From positions 51,427 through 115,426 of the forward strand of contig JAFUFI010000015.1 in the NCBI GenBank assembly GCA_017469945.1: a stretch of 64,000 nucleotides of DNA. Direction: 5' to 3'. The notes under the pieces were generated by a model that did no database searches, was not told the origin of the DNA, and saw only the letters and a list, made by a program, of their open reading frames with translations. The number at the start of each line of letters is the position of its first letter. Within the stretch, counting starts at the first letter, position 1. The DNA is from Lachnospiraceae bacterium. GTDB lineage: Bacteria > Bacillota > Clostridia > Lachnospirales > Lachnospiraceae. Shown one piece after another: positions 38,313-48,681 of the stretch. A program made the position numbers and the translations under genes.

Positions 38313-40124
38313 ATGGTTAATTTTATGAAAAGACTTAACAAATTGATATTAACCGCATTAATGACCGTGACTTTTGTCACGGCCATTTTGCTTACAGCGT
38401 GCGGAAAAAGCGGCGCTTTGGATATAAGCGAAGGAGCCGGAGAAAGCAGCGGGGAGCAGACTGCGGAAAGCGAAAAGGATGAACTAACCGCCGGTGATTA
38501 TACGGATCCGCTTCTTTCGAGTGGGAAAAAGAAAGAAGATAAAGAAAAGGTTCAAATCCCTGCCGATTATGAATACGCTCTTGATGATATGGGATTTCTG
38601 GACATCGGTGAAATCTATGAGCCTGTAGATGATAATTACAGAAACTATTATGAGATCTTTGTGCTTTCTTTTTATGATTCCGACGGAGACGGAGCCGGGG
38701 ACATAAACGGGGTTACAAAGAAGCTTGATTATATAAAGGAGATGGGCTTTAACGGAATCTGGCTGATGCCGGTTATGAGCTCTCCTTCATACCATAAATA
38801 CGATACCACAGATTACTACAGTATCGATCCTTTGTACGGAACGAATGAAGATTTTGAGAATCTTTTAAAAGAGGCTCATGCGCGGGGGATAAATGTTATC
38901 ATCGATCTTGTTATCAATCATTCGTCTTCGGAGCACCCTTGGTTTAAGGCTGCCTGCGAGTACTTAAGGAATCTACCGGAGAAAGAAGCGCCGGTAGAAA
39001 GCGACTGCCCATACTACGGATATTACAATTTTTCTAGAGAGTTAAAGAGCGGTTATTGCAAGGTAGAAGGTACGGATTCCTGGTACTACGAGGGAGTATT
39101 TAACTATACTCAGCCGGATTTAAACTTTGAAAATCCCGATCTTGTAAAAGAAATTGACGATGTGGCAAAGCTTTGGACAAAGATGGGAGTGGACGGATTC
39201 AGAGTTGATGCGGCGGCGCATTTCAAAGAAGGAAACAGAGAGTTTAATGAAGAAGTCCTGTCCCACATTTATGAGACCTGCAAAGAGATAAATCCGGATT
39301 TTTATATGGTTTCGGAGGTGTGGCTTGACGAGGTGACTATTGCAAACTACTACGAGAGTTTGACTCCGAGCTTCTTTAATTTTGATGCGGGGGATTCCTC
39401 GGGGCGCCTTATTAAGACCGCAGGCGGAACCGGAAAGATGAGTTCTTACGCCAATGCCTTAGTCAGATATCAAGAGGAATTCGGAAGCAGGAATCCGGAT
39501 TATATCGACGCACCCTTTATTACAAATCATGACCAGGCAAGAGTTGCGGGGGCGCTTAAAAACGATCCCGATGATATGAAAAAAGCCTGCGGACTTTTAA
39601 TGAGCATGCAGGGGGCACCTTTTGTGTATTACGGCGAAGAAATCGGAATGAAGAGCTCCGGAAGCTCTGACGAAAACAAAAGGATCGCTTTTTACTGGTC
39701 GGATGAAGATATGACCGGTATGACAAAAGGACCTGAGGGAGCGGAAACCATAAAGTCAAATTTCGAAGCCCTTGATAAGCAGGCTGCCGATCCGGATTCT
39801 ATCGTAAACTACTATAGAAGAGCTTTAAACTTTAGAAACAGGTATCCCGAGATAGCAAGGGGAGAGGTTTTTGCTCGGGAAGAGGACCTTACTGACGATA
39901 CAGCGGTCATAAAAAAGGAATATGAGGGAAGCGTAATCTATATGGCTTTTAATTCTTCGGATGAGGAAAGACAGATTGATCTTGAAAACGGCGCAAAGAT
40001 AGCAGAGGGCAACGCCTTGATCTTGGGCGGCTATCTTACGATACATCCCTGGGAGAGCATAAAGACGGAAAATGGAATGCTAATCCTGCCTCCGGGCGCA
40101 ATCGCTGTTTTAAGACAGCAGTAA
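38313..40124 (+). CDS. Lipoprotein-anchored GH13 alpha-amylase family hydrolase
   Basis: Lipobox LLTACG; SFYDSDGDGAGD, YHKYDTTDY, DLVINH, GVDGFRVDA (nucleophile), SEVW (acid/base), FITNHD. Confidence 0.93.
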   Translation: MVNFMKRLNKLILTALMTVTFVTAILLTACGKSGALDISEGAGESSGEQTAESEKDELTAGDYTDPLLSSGKKKEDKEKVQIPADYEYALDDMGFLDIGEIYEPVDDNYRNYYEIFVLSFYDSDGDGAGDINGVTKKLDYIKEMGFNGIWLMPVMSSPSYHKYDTTDYYSIDPLYGTNEDFENLLKEAHARGINVIIDLVINHSSSEHPWFKAACEYLRNLPEKEAPVESDCPYYGYYNFSRELKSGYCKVEGTDSWYYEGVFNYTQPDLNFENPDLVKEIDDVAKLWTKMGVDGFRVDAAAHFKEGNREFNEEVLSHIYETCKEINPDFYMVSEVWLDEVTIANYYESLTPSFFNFDAGDSSGRLIKTAGGTGKMSSYANALVRYQEEFGSRNPDYIDAPFITNHDQARVAGALKNDPDDMKKACGLLMSMQGAPFVYYGEEIGMKSSGSSDENKRIAFYWSDEDMTGMTKGPEGAETIKSNFEALDKQAADPDSIVNYYRRALNFRNRYPEIARGEVFAREEDLTDDTAVIKKEYEGSVIYMAFNSSDEERQIDLENGAKIAEGNALILGGYLTIHPWESIKTENGMLILPPGAIAVLRQQ

Positions 40125-40165
40125 GGATTGTTTACAAAAAATCAACATTTGATAAAAGACGATAA

Positions 40166-40198
40166 AAAAGCTGCCGTGGTAAAAACGCGGCAGCTTTT
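40166..40198. terminator. Bidirectional terminator between convergent genes
   Basis: AAAAGCTGCCGTG...CGCGGCAGCTTTT with A/T tracts on both sides. Confidence 0.8.
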
Positions 40199-40219
40199 GA
40201 TTTCTGAAATAATTACAAC

Positions 40220-40513
40220 CTAAAAAAGGTCGTCTCCTGCAGAGGAGTGTTTGATGAGAAAGCGAACCTGAAATCCGAGTTCTTCGCAAAGCGCTGTGAT
40301 TATGCCTTCGGCCTCCTCTATAACCGATTCGTTAACGCATATTGTGCACAGGCTTTTCTTGCGGGAGAAGAAAGATGATTTTGGCCACTTAATAAAGTAG
40401 GAGATGCGGTTTTCCAAAAGGGCTTTCTCTATTGCGGCTTTGGCTTCCTCGTCGGGAACCTCGCAAAGCTCATATTCGTTATTGACTTTTAATTGAGTAT
40501 ATAGTGTCTGCAT
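40220..40513 (-). CDS. Small conserved hypothetical protein (possibly DUF2007/P-II-like fold)
   Basis: MQTLYTQLKVNNEYELCEV...IEKALLENRISYFIKW; start set at ATG 40513. Confidence 0.6.
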   Translation of the reverse strand: MQTLYTQLKVNNEYELCEVPDEEAKAAIEKALLENRISYFIKWPKSSFFSRKKSLCTICVNESVIEEAEGIITALCEELGFQVRFLIKHSSAGDDLF

Positions 40514-40658
40514 GTGATAGATTATACATCTTTGAGGGCTTAGCTTGCAATAGGAAGTTTTGCTTTTCATTTGATTATTTTTTTGGTATAATCTTCATAT
40601 CTATGCGGATATGTATTTTTGTCAAATATCCTGAATTTATGCATAGCAGAGGCAGATT

Positions 40659-43361
40659 ATGAATTATGGTAAAAGAGGAATAAAAAGTATTAATAAAGAC
40701 ATTAATGCTTACGGCAGCAAGGTCAGCCGAAAGATAAGCCAGCTTATCTTAAAGCTTGTACTTGGCGCCATTGCATTTGTCATTGTTTGTGGTATAGCCG
40801 GAGGAATCGGACTTTTTAAAAGTATAATCGCAAACACACCCACGATACAGATCGCTAATATGATTGCTACCGGTCAGGCATCCATCGTTTACGATGCTGC
40901 GGGAAATGAGATTGACCAGTATGTCAGCATGAACTCAAACCGTATCGAGGTCGAGTGGGATGAGATAAGCGACGCTGCAAAGCTGGCTTTTGTCTGTGCC
41001 GAGGACGAGCGTTTCTACGAGCACAACGGAATTGACTTTAAAGGTATTTTCCGTGCCGGTTATCAGTTTATAAAGAGTGGCGGTAAGGAAACCCAGGGTG
41101 CCAGTACGATCACGCAGCAGCTCCTTAAGAACACCATCTTCACGGGATGGATGGATGAGGGAGACAATATGGTGCGCAAGATCAAGCGTAAGATCCAGGA
41201 GCAGTACCTCGCCATCGAAGTAACGAAAAAGACCGAAAAGGATGACGTCCTTTTAAGATATATGAATGCGGTTAACTGCGGTCAGAATACTCTCGGTATC
41301 GAGTCCGCATCACAGAGATATTTCGGAAAGTCGGCTATAGACTTAAATCTTTCCGAGGCTGTTGTAATCGCCTGCGTTACACAGAACCCTTCAAAGTACA
41401 ACCCCATCTATCACCCGGATAAAAACGCCGAGAGAAGGGAAAGGGTACTTAACAGAATGCTGCAGATCGGAAAGATCACGCAGGAAGAGTATGACGAGGC
41501 CAAAGCGGATACAAAGGATGTTTACGAGAGAATCGGATTCCACAATACCGAGCTTTTAAAGACTGACTCCGGAATTTCTTCATACTTCTCAGATGCTGTT
41601 TATGAGAAAGTCAGGGACGATCTTATAGCTATGGGTAATGAAAAGGCCGAGGCGGAGCGTATGCTCAACAGCGGAGGACTTCGTATCTATACTACTATGG
41701 ATCCCGAGATCCAGAAGATCATGAACGAGGAGTTTGCAAATCCCGACAACTACTCCAGCGAAGTACACTGGTATCTTAACTACGCTCTTACGATTACCGA
41801 CAAGGACGGAGAGCAGCATAACTATTCAAAAGAGATGATGACCAAGTGGTACAAGGAGGTTATGGGACAGTCGGGCTTTAACCTTATTTTCGCCGATCAG
41901 GATTCTGCCTATGCGGCGGCGGAAGCCTACAAGAACGCAAAGCTTGAAGAACTTGGCATTGTTGAGACTGAGGATAATGTCCTTGAGGCTATCTCCCTTA
42001 CCGCTCAGCCCCAGGTTGCTATGGTTATCGAGGATCCTCATACGGGATATGTCGTAGCGATGATGGGTGGCCGCGGAGCCAAGGAAGGACGCCGTACTCT
42101 TAACAGAGCTACAGGAGCGCTCCGTTCTCCCGGATCTACCTTTAAGGTACTTGGAAGCTTTGCGCCCGCAATCGATGCCGGCCTTAAGACTTTGGCTACA
42201 ACTTACAACGATGCGCCTTTTAACTATACAGGCGGACGTGCCGTTAAAAACTGGTATTCCGGATACGGACAGTACGGAACCGAATGTTCTATCAGAACCG
42301 GTATAATCCAATCCCTTAACATTATTGCGGTTAAGAACCTTACCGTAGTCGGACCTCAGCTCGGATATGATTACTGCTCACAGCTTGGATTCACATCAAT
42401 AACCGATGGTGTTGTTATTAACGGACAGATATTCTCCGATGTCAACCAGACGCTTGCTCTCGGAGGTCTTACCTACGGTGTATCTCCTTACGAGCTTAAT
42501 GCGGGATATGCGGCACTTGCAAACGGCGGTATCTACTGTGAGCCCAAGCTTTATACAAAGGTTACCGATGCAGACGGAAATGTTATTATCGACAATGAAG
42601 CTCCTGTAGAAAAGAGAGTATTTAAAGAAACGACGGCTTATCTTATGACAGATGCCATGAGGGAGGTTATGACAAGAGGTACCGGTACGGCGGCAGCCTT
42701 CAGCGGAATGACTCTTGCCGGAAAGACAGGAACATCCTCCAAGAACAAGGACTTCTGGTTTGTAGGATATTCACCTTACTATACTGCTGCAACATGGACA
42801 GGATATGATAACGCTATCGAGATGAGTACCGCTTCTTCAAACAGAGAGCAGGACATCTCAAAGAAGATGTGGAAAGCTATAATGTCCAGGGTACATGCAG
42901 ATCTTCCCAATAAAGGATTTGAAAGACCTGAAGGAATTGTTGAAAGAGAAGTTTGTACCATATCCGGAAAGCTTGCAACAGACCTTTGCAGACAGTTTGG
43001 AACAACAAGAGTGGAGCTTTTCTCTGAGGACAATGTTCCTACCGGTGAAAATCCCGAAGATTATTGTAATCTTCATTACTCAGGTACTGTTTGCGCATAC
43101 TGCAACCGTATTGCTACGCCTAGCTGTCCTTTCCAGACGGAAAGAGTCGTTCAGCTTCCTCTTCCCGAGGAACCTGAGCTTATAGAGGGATCCACACAGA
43201 TCATACAGGATGAAAATGGAAACGATGTTTATATCGAACCCATCACTTCCGTATACTGTGTACACGACGACGCTTTCTTTGCAGATCCCGATTACCAGAG
43301 TAAGATTCAGAATCAGATCTGGGAGATGGAGGCTGCAGCCGCGGCTGCGCAGGGTCAGTAA
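40659..43361 (+). CDS. Class A penicillin-binding protein (PBP1A: transglycosylase + transpeptidase)
   Basis: EDERFYEHNGID, GASTITQQLLKN, SPGSTFK (SxxK), SLN, KTG. Confidence 0.96.
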   Translation: MNYGKRGIKSINKDINAYGSKVSRKISQLILKLVLGAIAFVIVCGIAGGIGLFKSIIANTPTIQIANMIATGQASIVYDAAGNEIDQYVSMNSNRIEVEWDEISDAAKLAFVCAEDERFYEHNGIDFKGIFRAGYQFIKSGGKETQGASTITQQLLKNTIFTGWMDEGDNMVRKIKRKIQEQYLAIEVTKKTEKDDVLLRYMNAVNCGQNTLGIESASQRYFGKSAIDLNLSEAVVIACVTQNPSKYNPIYHPDKNAERRERVLNRMLQIGKITQEEYDEAKADTKDVYERIGFHNTELLKTDSGISSYFSDAVYEKVRDDLIAMGNEKAEAERMLNSGGLRIYTTMDPEIQKIMNEEFANPDNYSSEVHWYLNYALTITDKDGEQHNYSKEMMTKWYKEVMGQSGFNLIFADQDSAYAAAEAYKNAKLEELGIVETEDNVLEAISLTAQPQVAMVIEDPHTGYVVAMMGGRGAKEGRRTLNRATGALRSPGSTFKVLGSFAPAIDAGLKTLATTYNDAPFNYTGGRAVKNWYSGYGQYGTECSIRTGIIQSLNIIAVKNLTVVGPQLGYDYCSQLGFTSITDGVVINGQIFSDVNQTLALGGLTYGVSPYELNAGYAALANGGIYCEPKLYTKVTDADGNVIIDNEAPVEKRVFKETTAYLMTDAMREVMTRGTGTAAAFSGMTLAGKTGTSSKNKDFWFVGYSPYYTAATWTGYDNAIEMSTASSNREQDISKKMWKAIMSRVHADLPNKGFERPEGIVEREVCTISGKLATDLCRQFGTTRVELFSEDNVPTGENPEDYCNLHYSGTVCAYCNRIATPSCPFQTERVVQLPLPEEPELIEGSTQIIQDENGNDVYIEPITSVYCVHDDAFFADPDYQSKIQNQIWEMEAAAAAAQGQ

Positions 43362-43379
43362 TGTTTTCGGAGAGCGCAG

Positions 43380-44015
43380 ATGGCAGAAGAATATACAGTA
43401 CTGCTCGAGGGCGGAACGGGAGAGTATGAAGAAAAAAAATCCAGGTTTATCGCGTCCCTAAAGGCTGTTTCCTCCGAGGAAGAAGCCACGGAATTTATAG
43501 TTTCGATAAAAAAGAAGTATTGGGATGCCAGGCATAATTGCAGCGCGTACATCATAGGAAGCCGCGGAGAACTTACCCGATGCTCCGATGACGGCGAACC
43601 TTCCGGTACAGCAGGGCGGCCGATGCTTGAGGTGCTTTCCGGAAAAGGAGTAACGGATGTTTGCGCCGTTGTTACAAGATATTTCGGAGGCACGCTTCTC
43701 GGAACGGGGGGGCTTGTAAGAGCTTATAGCGCTGCTGTAAAGGACGCTCTTGAAAACAGCGTACTGGGCAGAGTATCCGAAGGCCTTTGCCTTGAGGTTA
43801 TACTGGATTATAATGATGTTAGCAGCGTAAGATATCTGCTTGAAAAAAGTAAAATCGATCTTTCCGATGCGGATTATGCTGCTGATGTTACATTCAGATT
43901 AAGAGTTTTGTCCGATATTTCGGATATAATAGAAAAAGAGATTACAGAAGCCACAGCCGGAAGATGCCTTATCACAAAGCTTGGCGAATGTAAGATCGTA
44001 GAAAGATTAAAATAG
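43380..44015 (+). CDS. yigZ: YigZ/IMPACT family protein
   Basis: EKKSRFIA, DARHNCSAY, SDDGEPSGTAGRPML, VVTRYFGGTLLGTGGL. Confidence 0.95.
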   Translation: MAEEYTVLLEGGTGEYEEKKSRFIASLKAVSSEEEATEFIVSIKKKYWDARHNCSAYIIGSRGELTRCSDDGEPSGTAGRPMLEVLSGKGVTDVCAVVTRYFGGTLLGTGGLVRAYSAAVKDALENSVLGRVSEGLCLEVILDYNDVSSVRYLLEKSKIDLSDADYAADVTFRLRVLSDISDIIEKEITEATAGRCLITKLGECKIVERLK

Positions 44016-44206
44016 TTGTAAATGGTTAAATAACTAAATAGCGGCCCATAAAGGCCGGAATTCTCTGAAAGGAGGTGGTTATATGATACGAACTGAAAAC
44101 AGCGACTCGTCAGTCCCCCGAAGTACTTATCGAAATGTACTTTCCGGTGACCCGTATGTGCATTTCGATTCTAAACATGTAACCAACTTTATAGAGGAGA
44201 ATTGCT

Positions 44207-45562
44207 ATGGAAGAGTTAGAAAAGGCTCATGAAGTTCTTGAGCTTCTAAGTACCAAGCAGTATACTAAGCTTCGCCAGCTCCTTTCCGAGCTGAACGATG
44301 CTGATATTGCTGCGATTTTGGAGGAATTGGACGAGAGGGATCTCCTTAAGTGTTTCCGTATTCTTCCCAAGGATTTAGCCGCTGATGTGTTTTCATACTT
44401 CGAGGTTGAAAACCAGCAGCTTATCATTACATCCCTTTCCGAAAAGGATGCCGCCAACATCATCGATAACCTGATGGCCGATGATGCTGCCGATCTTCTT
44501 GAGGAAATGCCTGCAAACATTGTCAAAAAGCTTTTGGCCAATGCCAGTCCCGAGACGAGGAGAGACATAAATCACCTTCTCAGATATCCCGAGGACTCCG
44601 CCGGAAGCATTATGACTGTGGAGTATGTCGATCTTAAGGAAAACCTTACGGTCAACGAGGCTATAGAACGTATTAAAAAAGTCGGAATCGACTCCGAGAC
44701 CATCAATATCTGTTATGTCCTTGATATGCAGAGAAAGCTTATAGGAACGGTTGCTTTAAGATATCTTCTTTTGTCGGACGGTGATGATGTTATAGGTGAC
44801 ATCATGCATGAAAATGTCATCTCTCTTACGACGATGATGGACCAGGAAGAGGTTGCGCATCAGTTCCAGAAATACGACTTTACCGCCATGCCCGTCGTTG
44901 ACAACGAGAACAGGCTCGTTGGAATCATCACGGTCGATGACGTTGTGGATATCCTCCAGGAAGAAACCACAGAGGATATGGAAAAAATGGCAGCTATCGT
45001 GCCTACCGACAAGCCTTATATGAGGACGTCGGTTTTTGAGACCTATAAAAAGCGTATCCCTTGGTTACTTTTACTGATGGTTTCGGCAACTTTTACCGGA
45101 GCGATAATCAGTTCCTTTGAAGAGGCGCTCAGCGTATATGCTGCGCTTATCGCTTACATCCCGATGCTGATGGATACCGGCGGAAATGCCGGCGGACAGG
45201 CTTCGGTTACTATTATCCGCGGACTCTCCTTAGGAGAGATTGAGTACAGAGATATTCCGAGAGTTATCTGGAAGGAAGTAAGAGTAGCCGTATTTTGCGG
45301 ACTTTCTCTAGCGGTTGCCAATTTTGCAAAGCTTATGCTTTTTGACAGAGTCGGGCTCCTTGTTGCTCTTACCGTATGTCTTACTCTTGTTTTTGCCGTA
45401 CTTGTTGCGATGCTGGTCGGATGTCTTTTGCCCATCGGAGCAAAGCGCATCGGCTTTGACCCTGCGGTTATGGCGAGTCCTTTTATCACGACTATCGTGG
45501 ACGCGCTTTCACTGCTTTTGTACTTCCGTATTGCCACAATAATCCTCGGCATCGGAGGTTAG
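44207..45562 (+). CDS. mgtE: Magnesium transporter MgtE
   Basis: N domain, CBS pair (YPEDSAGSIMT, MPVVD..NRLVGIITVDD), KRIPWL, GGNAGGQ, DPAVMASPFITTIVD. Confidence 0.97.
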   Translation: MEELEKAHEVLELLSTKQYTKLRQLLSELNDADIAAILEELDERDLLKCFRILPKDLAADVFSYFEVENQQLIITSLSEKDAANIIDNLMADDAADLLEEMPANIVKKLLANASPETRRDINHLLRYPEDSAGSIMTVEYVDLKENLTVNEAIERIKKVGIDSETINICYVLDMQRKLIGTVALRYLLLSDGDDVIGDIMHENVISLTTMMDQEEVAHQFQKYDFTAMPVVDNENRLVGIITVDDVVDILQEETTEDMEKMAAIVPTDKPYMRTSVFETYKKRIPWLLLLMVSATFTGAIISSFEEALSVYAALIAYIPMLMDTGGNAGGQASVTIIRGLSLGEIEYRDIPRVIWKEVRVAVFCGLSLAVANFAKLMLFDRVGLLVALTVCLTLVFAVLVAMLVGCLLPIGAKRIGFDPAVMASPFITTIVDALSLLLYFRIATIILGIGG

Positions 45563-45625
45563 ATCAGAGATCATTTTTACACTATTTTATATAGATTTAG
45601 AACTCAAATTTAGGAAGGAAGAAGT

Positions 45626-46297
45626 ATGAGGTACTTATTTGAAGCAGAATTACAAAAAAAGAACAGCGGATATGCCGTAAACATCCCTTTTAACGTTTGG
45701 GAGGTTGTTAAGCAGCGTGACGCATTTAAGGCTAACCTTGTAATCGAAAATGAGATTGTTCCCTGCGACCTCAATCCTCTTGAGAAGGGAAGATACGAGC
45801 TTTTCTTTGAAAACAGTGCAAACCTTGACCTTAAAGAAGGAACATCTTACGAGATGCTTCTGCATGTTCACGGATCTCTTGCACCTATGGACGGAGAGAG
45901 CCCTTACAGCGTAGAAAATCCCATCAGAAAGATTGACGGTATCGACATTCAGGTTCAGGACGGAGACGGACTTTGCGGACAGACCTGCGTTGCTATGCTT
46001 GCGGGCGTCAGCATCGAGGAGGTTTGCCGTGTTATGAACTGTCAGGAGTGGCAGGCTACTATGGGCAAGCTTATCTCTGCCCTCAACTACTACGGAATCG
46101 ACCATTCCGATATCATCGTTTACAAGAATGATTCGGAGAGCGTTGTTCTTCCCAAATGCGCACTTATGATCGAGAAGCTCGGAAGATTCGGACATTATCT
46201 CGTTGCCTATGACGGAAAGTTCTACGATCCTAACAAGGGAATCATGGAAGAGTACGATTTCTCCAAACTTGTAGGATATCTTGAGATCAAGTGCTGA
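45626..46297 (+). CDS. Two-domain protein: DUF1905-like N-terminus + papain-like (C39-type) cysteine peptidase
   Basis: C-terminal Q...GLCGQTCVAM (catalytic Cys), GHYLV (His), YDP (Asp). Confidence 0.6.
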   Translation: MRYLFEAELQKKNSGYAVNIPFNVWEVVKQRDAFKANLVIENEIVPCDLNPLEKGRYELFFENSANLDLKEGTSYEMLLHVHGSLAPMDGESPYSVENPIRKIDGIDIQVQDGDGLCGQTCVAMLAGVSIEEVCRVMNCQEWQATMGKLISALNYYGIDHSDIIVYKNDSESVVLPKCALMIEKLGRFGHYLVAYDGKFYDPNKGIMEEYDFSKLVGYLEIKC

Positions 46298-46377
46298 TAA
46301 AAATAATAAAAAAAATATAAAACACTTATAAACCACTTTACAAAATTTGTAGGGTGGTTTATATTATGTTTTAGTAA

Positions 46378-46404
46378 TTAGCACTCAAAAGAAAAGAGTG
46401 CTAA
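46378..46404 (+). promoter_or_regulatory. CIRCE element (HrcA operator)
   Basis: Exact TTAGCACTC-N9-GAGTGCTAA. Promoter TTTACA (46337)-17 bp-TATATT (46360) lies upstream inside an inverted repeat. Confidence 0.98.
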
Positions 46405-46423
46405 CAAGAAGGAGGCAAACATT

Positions 46424-46711
46424 ATGAAGTTAGTACCTTTGGGAGACAGAGTTGTTCTTAAACAGCTCGTTGCAGAGGAGACCACAAAATCAGGAATCGT
46501 TCTCCCCGGACAGAATAAAGAGAAACCTCAGCAGGCTGAAGTTATTGCAGTAGGCCCCGGAGGAATGGTAGACGGAAAAGAAGTTGCTATGCAGGTTAAG
46601 GTAGGAGATAAGGTAATCTTCTCCAAGTATTCCGGAACCGAAGTTAAGCTTGACAATGACGAGTATATCGTTGTAAGACAGAACGATATCGTTGCTGTTG
46701 TAGAAGACTAA
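46424..46711 (+). CDS. groES: Co-chaperonin GroES
   Basis: PLGDRVVL, TKSGIVLPG, KEKPQ, V.VGDKVIFSKYSGTEV. Confidence 0.99.
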   Translation: MKLVPLGDRVVLKQLVAEETTKSGIVLPGQNKEKPQQAEVIAVGPGGMVDGKEVAMQVKVGDKVIFSKYSGTEVKLDNDEYIVVRQNDIVAVVED

Positions 46712-46733
46712 TTAAAATTTTTTAAGGAGATGA

Positions 46734-48368
<1,635 letters not shown>

Positions 48369-48381
48369 AACAGGGAATCAT

Positions 48382-48427
48382 AAGAGCCGCTTTCTTCCTG
48401 CTTGCAGGAAAGAAAGCGGCTCTTTTT
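48382..48427 (+). terminator. Intrinsic terminator of groESL
   Basis: AAGAGCCGCTTTCTTCCTGC-TT-GCAGGAAAGAAAGCGGCTCTT followed by TTT. Confidence 0.9.
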
Positions 48428-48436
48428 GATGCCCGC

Positions 48437-48604
48437 ACATGTATAAGCATAAAAGCCAATTGCGTAGCAATGGCGATATGCGCATACATGTAGGATTTCG
48501 AGAGTTGCGAAGCAACGTAGAAATCCGCTGTTTTAGTAAGCAACAGCGATTTGCGAATACTTTTTGGCAGATTGCGAGAGTTGCGAAGCAAATTAAGAAA
48601 CTCT
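48437..48604. repeat. Cluster of irregular hairpins capped by GCGNAGC mini-hairpins (REP-like)
   Basis: ATTGC-GTA-GCAAT; GAGAGTTGC-GAA-GCAA twice (48500, 48577); enclosing stems ACATGTAT/ATACATGT and GGATTTC/GAAATCC. Confidence 0.6.
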
Positions 48605-48681
48605 TAACTATACATATGGATATCTTTCTGCATACTATGTTATAATTATAACGAATATAGTATTCAGAAAGTGAATTACCT

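Noticed and set aside
44041-44206. M-box (ykoK) riboswitch before mgtE
   Set aside because: I could not find the conserved M-box segments or a terminator/antiterminator pair; an Infernal scan would settle it.
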